A stretch of DNA of 64,000 nucleotides from Chiloscyllium plagiosum (lineage: Eukaryota). Under the pieces are notes generated by a model that saw only the letters and a program-made list of their open reading frames with translations, was not told the origin of the DNA and did no database searches. Location of the stretch: contig NC_057718.1 of the NCBI RefSeq assembly GCF_004010195.1, forward strand, positions 66,535,351 through 66,599,350, in the 5' to 3' direction. Made by a program: the position numbers and the translations under genes. This document shows positions 25,841-38,203 of this stretch, piece by piece; the first letter of the stretch is position 1, and each line of letters starts with the position of its first letter.

Positions 25841-27475
25841 TGTTATAAATTGTTGGGGTAATGTACTGGAAATCAAACCCCATTATTCTAGAGTCATCAC
25901 AACAGTTAAAGATTTTAAAAGTGCACAAGTTTATCTTACTTTCAGGCCGATGTTGATAGAAAGCATGGACCAGGTTTCTTTACCTAAAAAAAAAATCTAT
26001 TTATTACAAGTAATTCGACTCCAGTTCTAGTTCAATCCCTGTTATAAATTGTTGGTTTATAATAATTATTAATTAAAACTCTAATCTCCAAATAAAGTCC
26101 CCGTTATGCACGCACACAAGCACACGCATACACACACACACTAAAATAGGTTATGGACAGAGGGGGCAAAAATGGGACAGATAGTTCAGTAGTCTTTGTT
26201 CTAACATACCTTTATTCATATATCCTTTTTTTGTTGGTTAATGCGTTGCTTCAATGATCTTTCTATGGATTGATGAGTCATTATTGGTTCTCTTATTAAA
26301 AAGTCACTCACTCATTACTTAAAAGTCACAGCTTATAAAAACTATTGCAGCAAATATAAAGTTTTTCAAGTCTTAGTGAGTTTTGACAGCAGAATACGAT
26401 GGCCCACTCTGGAACTGGGGAGTACTCTCTCTAATTTATTCTCAGCTCCAAACTGTTCAGTTACCTGAGAACCAATCTCCAGTTGTTATTTGCCAAAAAA
26501 GTTTCCATTTTTAACTGGTCACTAGTCCACAGACCAATAAACTATTTGTTACCAGGAAAAGCTGCATTTATATATCGCTTAGCTTCAAATTGTCTGCAAT
26601 TGAAGCTCCAATTTCTGCTTGTTCAAGCATTGGTTATGAATCTTGCCGTGGGTGTAAGGTTACTTGCTTTTGAAACTTATACCCTTTCAAACACTGGTTT
26701 CAAAACAACTGTCTCGTTTCAGTTTCCAGTTTTGTTTTGTTATGATATAGGATAAGACCTCCTGCTTAACTTAAACAAGCAACACAGAAAAGATTTATCC
26801 CATGCAATAATCTGTGAAAATTCGAGAGGCTACGAACTAATTAAAGTAAAAGTAACAACTTTATTTCTTAAAGTATAACAGAGAATAATTAACTAACAAC
26901 TATTTACAACTCCTTCCTCTAACCTATCTTTTACTTTCCCTTCATTAATACTAGTCCAATAAAACACACCAATTAAGATTTGCTGAAAAAATTTGAATTT
27001 CAAAACCAGTCAGATTTCAAATCCTCTCTTCTTCTTAGGGATTTCTGCTTTACAGGTTACTGATCAATTAAAGGTACCTTTCAAAGAGTTATTTTTCAGG
27101 CAGTCTCTACATGCAGATGACATGGCAGTTCTCTTCCCAACTATTCAATTTTCTCTAGTCTTATATCCCCAAAGCACCTGATTGTGTCATTGGCTTTTAA
27201 GGTTGTCAGTATACTAAATTCAAACTTGATTGGAGTTTATTTTTTGGAGTATAATTTTAAACTGATTGTCCTAATTTTTAAATCTGTTTAGTCATTTCCA
27301 GGCAACTCAGCTAATCTAGCTTTCGACCAAGTGTTACATTGTTACCTTATTGAGAACACTTGGTGTTGTCAGGTAGTTCTGCTAGATTTTAACTTTCTGA
27401 AAGGCACAGTGCATCCATGTCTTCATAACAGTTTTTAGAAAAGACAAAAATGAAGAGAAACAGTTTCTATAATAA
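25841..27475 (-). mobile_element. possible older LTR-like element hosting the 26738 LTR
   Basis: starts TGTTATAA, has tttatt about 160 bp in, right end degenerate (ctataata); no TSD found. Confidence 0.4.
26738..27430 (-). mobile_element. solo LTR (Gypsy-like), 693 bp, 4-bp TSD GTTT
   Basis: perfect TGTTATGA...TCATAACA termini; gttt at 26734-26737 and 27431-27434; shares blocks with the 24108 LTR (aactatttacaactc; terminal aaagg.a.agt..a...cttcat.aca). Confidence 0.83.
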
Positions 27476-27676
27476 CCAAAAATAACTTTTAATGAAACTA
27501 TGTGCAAATCAGACTGATTTGATATCACCGACTCTTGCTGCACCCGTTGGTGAAGCATTCATATATTCAGTAGTTGGATTTGTGTTTCCTGTACCCAAAG
27601 TGTGTAGACAGATGACAGGAATGAATTTCTGCACTGCATAGAATACCAGACATCCTCTGTTTCCATGTTTTTGCAG

Positions 27677-27802
27677 ATGGAGTCATTGTTTGGAAGTTTG
27701 CCAGAAATGCTCCAGTTTCAGAAGATGTTTCTGCAGACACTTGATGATGGTGTTGCCTTATCACCTGATTTTAGCAAGCTGGACACTCCATCTCAATTTA
27801 AA
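27677..27802 (+). CDS. TIAM2: TIAM2 coding exon (DH)
   Basis: tttgcag|ATG...AAA|gtaagt; MESLFGSLPEMLQFQKMFLQTLDDGVALSPDFSKLDTPSQFK; 126 bp. Confidence 0.96.
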
Positions 27803-28482
27803 GTAAGTGAGCAATTGGAGTGCAGAATCAGGGATTCAGTAAGTGGGCTATAACGGTCTAATAGAATTACAGTGACTACTATTAATATTCATTTAAAAAC
27901 TCAGGATAGTTGTTCTGTGTATTATAATTTAAGATTAATTCAGATCCAATATCTGCAGTATTCTTAAGGTCGAAGCTAACATATCTGATCTGAGCTGAAT
28001 TAAAATATCTGATCTGCATCTAAATTGTTTCAAAGTTCTTTGCTGTTTACAGAAGTATTTACATCAACTGAGCACAAATTGTGATAAAAATTATGTGCAA
28101 GGTTTGGTCTAAAGTAGCTCAGTTGTACTCTGAATTGATGTTCCAGCCAGCCAAATATAGAGCCAGACCGTTTTCCAGCTGGCCACACATTGCTTATACC
28201 TATGGACTGATTTGAAGGGAGTTGACATATTTCAGTAAATAAAAAGATAGATTTTAGTGCAGTTAATTTCAGGGGTTTGCACAGTCCCAGGTACAGCGTT
28301 CAATCTGGAAAAGGTCTGTTCCTTTAAATGATCTGGTTGGAGCTGTCAAATCAGAATGCAACAGAACCTCTTAGTTATTCCATAGAATAACTTGAATTCA
28401 TATACAAGTGCTTTTGGCATCTTAAAGTGCTTTAGTGGAGTGTTACCAAATAAAATCTGACACACAACCAGACAAAGAGGTA

Positions 28483-29035
28483 AGACCATAAGAAATAAGA
28501 ACAGGAATGTATGTTCAACACCTCAAGCCTGCTTTGTCATTCAATATGATCATGGCTGATCCAAAAATCCTCACATCCAGTTTTCAGCCCTGTTCCCATA
28601 ACCCTTGATTTCCCTACTGATCAAGAGTCTATCTGTCTCAATCTTCAATATACACAAGGACTCTGCCATAACAGCTGTCTGTGGTAAGGAGTTCCAAAAA
28701 CACACTTCCCTCTAAGAGAAGAAACTCCCCCTCCTCCTCAGTCTTAAATTTGCACCCTTAAAGTCAGAGTCTATGCCTTTTGGTCCTAGACTCTCCCATC
28801 AGGGGAAACATCCTCTCAGCATTTACCCTATCAAGCCTCTTAAGAATCCTGTATGTTTTAATGAAATCACCTCCTGTTCTTCTAAACTCCAATGATCAGT
28901 CTCAACCTTTTTAACCTTTGCTCATAAGACAATCCCTCCATACTGGGAATCATCCTAGTGAACCTTCTCTGTGCTGCCTCCAATGAAACAGTTTCTCCTC
29001 GTAAATGAGGTAACCAAAACTACTCACAGTGCTCT
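28483..29035 (-). mobile_element. CR1 3' fragment, preceded by an L2-type 3' end at about 28385-28480
   Basis: agaccataagaaataagaacagg... 3' UTR followed by RT C-terminal sequence. Confidence 0.8.
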
Positions 29036-30219
29036 GATATTTTGAGTAGTTTACAAGTTGGATGCTAAATACATAACGTATGCAATACTGTTAGATTGAC
29101 ATTTTTTCCCAAGCAGTGTGATAATTTTCATACCTTAGGTTTCCTGTGGTTTATGCTTAATTTCCACAAGACTTGTTGGAATTTTTTATATTTTATAGTT
29201 CATACATTTTGATTTCGTTGATGTTTAGAACCTGAGTAAGTTTTGTGCTATTCAGTGGGACTGCTTTACATCTGGTTACTAAATGATATGTGCATTTTGT
29301 TATTGGGTACAGGTTGGACTACGTAATATGAAATTAAGTAGCCAACTAGAAAAGGAAAATCCATTCCAAGCCGGTCAGACTGAAATGTTTAGAATTGATC
29401 ACAGATGTAGGGCATTAGCACCTTGAATTTATACATCAGATTCCTATCCAGTGGTCACTGCTAAAAGGTTCTCCCCGACTTTATATCATACGAGATTGGG
29501 ATGAAAACTTTGCTTCGCCGCATTACCACAGACCATTAGTTCATCAACCAAAGCCACAGGAAATAAATGGTTTACAAAGTAATGTAGCAATTAAAGTGAA
29601 GTTAACACAGTCTCTCTGCTTTTTCTTTTAATATGTACGTAAGTTTTTTGACTCATCATCAAGCCAGTAAGCATTTGTTAATGCACAAACGTTATAACCA
29701 AACATTTTCCTTGATCTCTTCTGAATACTCCACAAAGGTGGTTTAAAGTGGGGGGTCACTGGATAGTAATCAGGATTAATATTCACGTAAAATAGTCTGT
29801 CAACATTTCCTGTCTAGGTGCATCGTAAACTGGAGCCACTTAAAGTCCCAGTGAATCATGAAGTCAGTGGACCACAACAGTCAGCACCTTCCGGAGAGCT
29901 TGATGATGCAATTTCCCATCACCCATTCTTGGGGTCTCTCCCAGTTTTGTTGCTGTTGTGAATGGTGCATTTGTATCTAAACTGGTGCTGACCAAATATA
30001 CACAGAAAACAAGTGTTCAGCCCATTGATTAAAGCTGCTTTATTCTTTATCGCCCATTAGGACTGCAATTTAAACTTTTGCACCTCACAACCCCTCTGAT
30101 GTATTTGAATGTCGTGCTTTACAGAATTATCACTACAGATATAGCTTCAGGGCTTTAGCTCACCAAGTGTCAAGGCTGTGTTCACTTTGTATTGCAATCA
30201 TTTGATGTGTATGTTTCAG

Positions 30220-30328
30220 AAGCTCTTGTTTTCCCTGGGAGGTTCGTTCCTCTATTATGCTGACCACTTCAAACTCTACAGTGGCTTTTGTGCAAACCAC
30301 AGAAAGGCCCAGAAAGTTTTGGAAAGAG
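30220..30328 (+). CDS. TIAM2: TIAM2 coding exon (DH)
   Basis: tttcag|AAG...AGA G|gtaagc; [36 protein letters not shown]; 109 bp, ends phase 1. Confidence 0.96.
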
Positions 30329-32102
30329 GTAAGCTAGCATAAAGGATAAATATTATGAAATCTCCATTAAATATCGAATTTTTTGAGGGCACAGCAAGAA
30401 TGTATTGTCTTACGCACTCCTGTTGGATTACCACTCCACACCCTTTCTTACATTGGGACCTAACTCCACATTTCTTCCTTGCTCTCCTGAAAGTGGTTAC
30501 TCTGCTCCTTAGTTTAAGTGATTGTGCTTCCAACAGTGTTCACTCCAACAGAACATCACTCTCTTATCACCCCAACAGTAATCAACAATGATCAACACTG
30601 AGTGATTAGAATTCCTCACCCTCCTCTAGCTGTGATCAAATCCCCTCTTATGCCCCCTGATAGTGATCTCCTCTCATACCTCCTAACAATTCTGATTCTT
30701 CTGACTGCCTAAATATAAGCCAGGCATTTGAGAAGGTGCACCAGGAGAGTGGACACTGGGCAGTGTGAGCCCTGATTATGGTCTAGGACTGCAGGGCATT
30801 TGAAAAGGGTTTCAGCACGGTCTTTGGTTCAAGGAATAGAAGAAGGGTGAGTGCAAAACAGTCTTTGGGGATGTGACAGGTGTGAGTGAATGTGAGAACT
30901 GTTCATGATCTGAGAAGTAGGTGGGTTGGGTACAAGTGGTTTTGAGCACTGTCTGTGGTTCAGGAAAGGTGCCAGTAATAAAGATGTTGGAGGGAGGTGG
31001 TTGTTGTTCAGCACTGTTGTGTGGGGCTAAGTGGTACTTTGGGTATTGGAGCTTTAATATTGCAGCTGAATTACCTAGAGGTACGCTACACAGCAGGCTT
31101 CAGAGCTACCAAAAAAAACAAAGTAAATCCATGTAAAAGAGCAGGGCAAGTATAGACAAAATCGCAAATGGCTGTGTGGTTCTGGCCATTTGTGGAGCAA
31201 TTGTGGAAAGAGTGAAACCAGCAACTGGTTTCATGTAAACCTATTTATGTAAACAGGTTTATGGTACTTAACTCATGTAAACATATTTATGGTACTTACA
31301 TCAGGACTTCCTCAGGGTCCAGAAGAGTTTCAGAAATACAAATCGAATCCGAGGCCTCATCCTGTATTGGAAAATCTAGGCCATTAAATGAATGGTGCAG
31401 AATCTCTGTAGTGCTGTATTTTGGTCAGAAGTAGTAATTGATGTGTACAGCACTGGAATGGGTTTCTGCCTCAGTTGCTGACTGAAATCCCACTGTTGTT
31501 TCAAGAATGCAAGAAAACTGATTTGGTGTTCCATTTTTCTCAAAGCGAATTAAGTTTAGAAGCAGTGAGGAGGAAAACCATAAAAACTCCATTCATCAAT
31601 AATTGCCAATGATGTGCCACATTTATCAGTTAATTACCAACACTGAACGCCTATCTTAAGGCAACTTTTCTTTCATTGATGCATTGCTTCTATTTTTTTT
31701 TCTGATTTACATTTTTGCTCAAATTAAATGCAGAGTTTAATTTTCAATTTCATCAACATTTTGAAGATTTGTGGTTATAGCCCCATCTGCCTGTAGTACT
31801 AATGTGTTGTACCAGTACTTTGTGAATTGAAATTGAGGCATTTCTCTTTTGGACTTGAGATTTATTTTGATAATTGCACTAGTATTTTAGAGACTACATG
31901 TGAGAATGTGGGATGACTTTTTGCTATCCTACAGGATAGCATGTCGAAAATTATATTTGAAGATCCTGCACTTGTACAAGCCACTAGAACCTATTTTTCC
32001 ATGGTCATGTACTGCAATGAAGTCTCATGAATTTGATTACCATCACACCACCTCCCATAAAATCCTGTAGCAACATCTTTGAGTTCCCAATTTAGGTTGT
32101 AT

Positions 32103-32325
32103 TAAAATAATTCCACAGAAACTGGTATCCACCATCAAATCGCCCTTTATTTACACTTGAACAATCCTGGACTTTAGTACTGCCTCATTCAGAATTAGGT
32201 ACCAGAGTGTAATCATCTCACCACCTATATGTCAGCCAGAGCTGCTAATTGGACCAGATTAACAGCCCCAAATAGGGAACTCACATTTTGAGGTCCAGCT
32301 GGCTGACCTCATTACAATCACTACA
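32103..32325 (-). mobile_element. short solo LTR, about 223 bp
   Basis: minus strand starts TGTAGTGATTGTAATGAGG, has CCAAT and an AATAAA near its end; flanks gtat/gcat as an imperfect 4-bp TSD. Confidence 0.55.
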
Positions 32326-32904
32326 GCATGACTCCAGGGAGAATGACCTGTTGATATTAAACTCCTCCATGGGACAGTAGAAGTATTTTGGAGCCAGTGT
32401 CAAGGCATTTCCAAGCTGAAAGTTGTTTGAAATCGAAAAGCAATTGAATTATATTGATCACTCCGGTGAGTGCAGTTGGTTCACAAATTGGGATTGGTAG
32501 AAATGCTAGCAAACAAATTAGATTGGATAGTGCCCATATTTTTGGTGCCACAGGTAATATTTTGGTTCTAGATTTTGGCTGTTGTTTTCAGATATTTAAA
32601 GGTTTGTACTTAAAGTTGAAGAAGTTTGAAAGGAGTGTTGTGGTGCAGAGTGCAGTCTCTCACTTTCTCCAAGTCATGCATACTGTAGTTTCTATGCCTT
32701 AGGCCTGTGGTGTGACAGGAGAATGAACAGAGGCAACACACAGGAATATTAAATACTAGATGTGGGAGGAAGAGGACCTTTTAAGCAGTAAACCAAATCT
32801 CTCCAGAAATTTAAGAGCGTAAGTTTTCTATCTCAACCTCAGCAAAGATCATGCTTGTATGCTAAGTATGAACGATATCTCTATTCCACTGAGGAGATTA
32901 TTTT

Positions 32905-33130
32905 CTTCACCCTCCCCACCAACCTATCACAATTACCTTTTACCTCCCACCTGAATCCACCTATCACCATCCCACCTATCTTTCCCACTTAGCCCCACCC
33001 CACCCCCCATTTATCTCCTTCCCCCTCCACATTCTTGATGAAGGCCTTATGCCCAAGACATCGACTCTCCTGCTCCTCGGATGCTGCCTGACCAGCTGTG
33101 CTTTTCTAGCGCCATACGTTTTGACTCTTA
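32905..33130 (+). mobile_element. PLE terminal repeat with decayed hammerhead
   Basis: ttcttgatgaaggccttatgcccaagacatcgactctcctgctcctcggatgctgcctgacc, homologous to 5746-5830. Confidence 0.8.
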
Positions 33131-33221
33131 CTAATGTCCTGTACAACCTCAATATGATATCCCAATTCCTATACTCAAGGGTCTGTGCAATGAAGGCAAG
33201 CGTGCTAAATGGCTTCTTAAC

Positions 33222-34395
33222 CACCTTTCCTTCCCCAGCATCTCCATTTCAATTTCTGGGGATAGGCCGACCACTGATATCCACTACAAACACACCAACT
33301 ACCAGTTTCTCTGTCTCTGTTATGTCTGGTCTGACAATATCACTTTCCACAGGGTAGGGCCTCCAGAAATGTCCACCTTTTTCCTCAACTGAGGATTCCC
33401 CACCACTGAAGTTGATAGGTCAGCCATGTTTGATCCATTTCCCACACTTTGGCTCTCACCCCTTTTCCCTTCCCACAACAGTGATAGCGTTGCTCAATCC
33501 TCACTCCCCACCTCACCAGATCCACAAAGGAACGTAAGCCACTAATTCCGCCACCTCCAGCAAGATGTCACCATCAGACATGTATTCTCTTTCCCTCCCT
33601 TTCAGCCTTCCTCAGGGGACTGGTCTCTCCAGGACACTGATCAATGCCTCCCTAAGGCAGCTTCCCATGCAATCACAGAAGATACAGCACTTTTCACTCA
33701 CTATCCAAGTCTCCATACACACCTTCCAGGTGAAGCTGCAAGCTACCTGCATTTCATTCAATTTAGTCTACTGCATTTATTGCTTACACGTGGTCCCCTA
33801 TACATTGGGTGACGAAATGCAGCCTGGGCAACTGCTTTGCAGATCGCCAATGTTCTATTCGCAGAAATTATGCCGAGCTTTCAGTTGTCTGCCTGTTCAA
33901 CACAGCACCTTGCTGCCTGGCCGGCATTTCTGTATCAGGCTGCCTTCAGTCATCCACTAAGACCCGATGCAAGGTGGATGAAAAACATCTCATTTTATGC
34001 TTGCGGATCCTAAAGCTTTCAGCTCAATATTGCATTCAGTAATTTTAGAGACTGAACACTACCACCTCTGACCTTTGACCCACCCTCAAACCCCCAGGCT
34101 CTGTCATGGCATGGGCTGCTTTCAGCAGAGTCAACCCACTTCCACTTACTTATGGTCCATGTTACCAGCTGCTTTTCTTCTCTTGCTTACTGTTAACCAT
34201 CTGTTTACCTGATTTTTTTTTCTCTCTCTGGGCTCCATCTCTACCCACCCACTCTCTCCTCCTCTCCCCAGCACCACCACCATGCCCCACCTTGTGCGGG
34301 CTGCTATCAGTTCTGAAGAAAGGTCACTGGTCTAGAAACATTAGCTCTACTTTCTCTCTGCAGATGCTGCCAGGCTCCTGAGTTTCTCCTCTAAT
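33222..34395 (+). mobile_element. older decayed Neptune-type PLE (RT thumb, GIY-YIG, pLTR)
   Basis: ISISGDRPTTDIHYK; NLVYCIYC..YIG; terminal ttctgaagaaaggtcactggtctagaaacatt...gcagatgctgcc. Confidence 0.82.
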
Positions 34396-34824
34396 TTTTA
34401 TTTTTGTACTTTAATAACAAAAACTGTTTATTCATATGGTCCCTGCCATTATATTGAAAACTCTACTCAAACATTACTCATTAAAGGAACAACTTACAAC
34501 CTGACACACAAGAATCCCACCAGCAAGCAAGTATGGAAAATACCAATCAAAAATCACGATTCAGAAAGTAGCTAATAATTAACAAAAAGCATGTTTGAAA
34601 ACCGCTTTCTACGTTTAGTAACCTGAATACAGTAAGTGCTTAAAAATAGTCAACACAATCATTGTTCCTTTCCATAGAGTTACTGTTCATGTGCTTGAAA
34701 TCACTTCAGCAGTGATACCCCTCAAAGCCTTAGCCATATGGTTGAAGTCACAGTCATGCATTTAAAAAAAAAACTGTTTTCTCTAATCTCGTTCTTTTCA
34801 GTGTGTTTTATGATATTCCAATTG

Positions 34825-35237
34825 TACATCATAGAAACAGACCTTTCGGTCCAACTTGACCGTGCCGACCAAATTTCCCAAACTAAAAGTAGTTCCACTT
34901 GCCTACGTTTGGCCTATATCCTTCTAAACTTTTCTTATTTGTTTACTTATCTAGATGTCTTTTAAGCATGTAACTACACCTGTATCTACTGCTTCCTGTA
35001 GGTGTGTATATGAATAGGAAGAGTTTAGAGGGATCTGGGTCAAATGCTGGCAAATAAGACTAGATTTATATAGAATAACTGGTCGGTATGGACGGGTTGG
35101 ACCAAAGGATCTGTTTCTGTGCTGTACATCTCTATGGCTCTGTTAGTTCATTCCACATACAAACTGCCCTCTGTGTAGAAAAGGTTGCCACTTAGTTCCC
35201 TTTTAAATCTTCCTCCTCTCATCTTAAATTTTGTCCT
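34825..35237 (-). mobile_element. CR1 3' end with a nested opposite-strand CR1 3' end (about 35000-35143)
   Basis: HER1-type tails in both orientations. Confidence 0.75.
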
Positions 35238-35259
35238 AATTAAGTGTTTTTTATCCTAG

Positions 35260-35439
35260 CTAAAACTTACAAAGCCTTCAAAGAATTCTTGGATGCCCGG
35301 AATCCAACAAAACAGCATTCTTTTACCCTGGAGTCTTATCTGATCAAGCCTGTTCAACGTGTTCTGAAATATCCGCTCCTGCTGAAAGAGCTCGTGTCTC
35401 TAACTGATCCAGAGAGTGAGGAGCATTATCATCTAACAG
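35260..35439 (+). CDS. TIAM2: TIAM2 coding exon (DH)
   Basis: atcctag|CT...ACA G|gtcagt; [60 protein letters not shown], containing the DH signature [19 protein letters not shown]; 180 bp. Confidence 0.97.
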
Positions 35440-36224
35440 GTCAGTACTAAATGACAAGCCAAAGATCAAGACATGACTAGTCTTAAAATCCCATTGAATT
35501 TCTTTTTACCCAAAAGCATTATCTCCAGAAGTGGTAGGGGTTGAGGAGTGTTTAGTTAGCTGTATTTGGTGTCCAGTGCCAGCCTGGTCCCAGCTGTTGG
35601 GTAATGAATTGAATGGAAAGCAATTTCAGAATCTTATAGCAGGAAAATATGGGGGAAAAATTTTGAGCACCATCTTCACAGTTATCCCTCGGATTAGACA
35701 TCTAATCTTTATTAATTTCTAAAGCTCCCTGAGTCTAGCACCTTTTAATAATTCTTAATCTAAAATTATTCAGTACAGTTTACAGGAAAAGCTTTGATCA
35801 GGTTCTCATTTGGAAACTTGCATGCACACACATATTGTCATACAACAGGGAAACACACCATTTAGTTCAACTTGTCCATGCCAACCAGGTTTCCTTAACT
35901 CCCATTTGTCTACATTTGGCACATATCCCTTACATGTCCTATAAAAGTAGTTGGCAAAACAAAAGCCATTACTGTCATTCCGGATAGAAATCTAGAAGAG
36001 ATGAACATTTCTTTTGGTTTGAGTTTGGTATATGTAAATCCTCCCGTCTCAGTTCAACCCCCCCCCCCTCTGAAGGCAGGCTGCGTATGCATCCTGCCCT
36101 GTTTTAAACCCCAATCTTTGTCTAGTTACCTTATCAAATTACTTTTACCAACTTTGTACATTATTTTTATGTATGAATAGATGTTTTTCAAAGGTTTTCA
36201 GATGCTATCATCTTTTATCTTCTA

Positions 36225-36490
36225 TTTGCTCACTCATGGGATGTGGGCTCTGGGTCTAGAAGCACTAGACGAGGTAAGGATGACAGATTTCCTTCCCTAA
36301 AGGATAGTAGTGAATCACATGGCTTCTTACAACTGACATTGGTCATCTTTGAGCATGGGTTTTATTCCAGGGTTGTCTTTTTCTTTACTGAATTCAAGTT
36401 TCGCCATCAGCCATTGAACATGTTAGGATATTAGCCTGGAGTTTTGGATTACAAGTCCAGTGACATTGCCATTTCATCACTCGCTCTCAT
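36225..36490 (-). mobile_element. tRNA-derived SINE with a conserved central domain (MER131/MetaSINE-like)
   Basis: minus strand ttcactactatcctttagggaaggaaatctgtcatccttacc; family assignment from memory. Confidence 0.5.
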
Positions 36491-36671
36491 GAGGAATGCA
36501 ATATTACTGATTGTTGCTTGAACATGTTTTAGCCAGTAGCACAAGGTTTTCACTAGTAGCTCTCCTAACCTATCACTCTTCAGTTTTACCCTAGTAAGTG
36601 GCTTGGACAGTGGGAGTTGGGATCTGAGGAAGAATGCAAGTTTTAAGGGAGAAAGGAATACTCCAATGGTA

Positions 36672-36860
36672 AGACCATTAGATGTAGGGGCTGAAGTAGG
36701 CCATTGAGTCAGCTCCACCATTCAATGAGATCAAAGCTGACCCGTTGATCGTCAACTTCACTTTCCCTTTCCCCATTCCCTTGATTCCCTTATTCATTAA
36801 AAATTTAATACTTTAATGACCCAACCTCAACAGACCGCTGTGATAAAGAATTCCACAGAT
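36672..36860 (-). mobile_element. CR1 3' end fragment
   Basis: agaccattagatgtaggggctgaagtaggcc...gaattccacagat. Confidence 0.7.
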
Positions 36861-36894
36861 AACAAAATTTGTTAGCTGAAGTCTTTGGAAAGTA

Positions 36895-37420
36895 ATGATA
36901 TGGAGGTGCCGGTGTTGGACTGGGATGGATGATGTTAGAAATCACACAACACCAGGTTATAGTCCAACAGGTTTATTTGGAAGCACTAGCTTTCGGAGCG
37001 CTGTTTCTTCATCAGGTGGCTGTGGAATATAAGATCATAAGACACAGAATTTATAGCAATAGATTACAGTGTCATACAGTGATATATTGAACAGTCTTGT
37101 TAAGTCTTTCATCTTTTAGACTGGTGTGCTGGTTTTGGTTCTTTAATATGTAAATCCCAGAATTTCTCTTCAGTCACATTCTCAAGATAACTTAAGGTTT
37201 TAAAACAAAAGGTGACACCTCAGCTCAGATAATGCCTTAAAGGTGTGAGGTTAGAGCCTGCATCCCAATCATAAGTCAGACTGGTTCTATTTCCAAAGTG
37301 GAATTTACAAAATGTTACACGGATTGACTGCCTGCAGGTTCTGCATATTTGAGCAAAATAGAATGTATCTGCAAATATAATTCTGAAAATACAAATTTAC
37401 CTATAAACTTATGCATGCGT
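36895..37420 (-). mobile_element. second PLE family terminal repeat with hammerhead motif (36984-37018)
   Basis: minus strand CAC-CUGAUGA-A-gaaac agc gcucc-GAAA-G-CUA-GUG; homologous to both arms of 55241-55570. Confidence 0.72.
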
Positions 37421-37844
37421 GATTAGCAAGGTTTTCCCTTGGAGTTTCTATACATAATGATCCAACTCAGGTGAATGAAGTGAGATTCTTGTCACTGCTA
37501 ATCTTTTGTTAGTCTCATTCTATATTTTCTACACCAGTAGAAAATGTCACCCTGGTGCAGTGGAAGATGTTTTACTGAGACCATAACTGTATATTAAAGA
37601 TAGGACAGACAGTGAAAGTTTTACTAACCAGCAGTAGTTGCTCACTTCTAGTTGCTGAAGTCAGACAAAATACCTTTTCTTGAAATTTTACATCTTTCAC
37701 TCTGATCAACAAAAGCGAAGCCAAAGAAGGTAGCCATCTGTAAATATTTTGCTGACGTACATGCAGATTATTGAGGATTTAAGGATGAAAACCAGCAATT
37801 GTAATTTTTTTGCTGAATGACTTTGTTTTATTTTTCCATTCCAG

Positions 37845-37963
37845 AAGCTCTAAAGGCAATGGAGAAAGTGGCCAGTCATATTAATGAGATGCAAAAAATC
37901 TATGACGACTATGGCACAGTATTTGACCAGTTGGTTGCAGAACAGCCGGGAACTAAAAAAGAG
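37845..37963 (+). CDS. TIAM2: TIAM2 coding exon (end of DH)
   Basis: ttccag|AA...GAG|gtaata; EALKAMEKVASHINEMQKIYDDYGTVFDQLVAEQPGTKKE; 119 bp. Confidence 0.96.
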
Positions 37964-38105
37964 GTAATACTGTTAGCATCAGCTACTTATTTCTTCCTCT
38001 TTTTGCCCCCCTTATGCTTCACACAGGTTACCATTTCGTGCCTCTGCATAGTGGACAGTCCTTGCAATTAAGCTGAGACCGTGAGTGTCGGCATACTGTA
38101 AAGAC

Positions 38106-38203
38106 CGGGTAAAAGCAATGACTGCAGATGCTGGAAACCAGATTCTGGATTAGAGTGGTGCTGGAAACCACTGCTGTGCTCTTCCAGCACCACTCTAATC
38201 CAG
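38106..38203. mobile_element. 98-bp inverted PLE-terminal insertion, 13-bp TSD
   Basis: atactgtaaagac at 38093-38105 and 38204-38216; starts with tail-like 'gactgcagatgctgg'; perfect 22-bp inverted repeat. Confidence 0.8.
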
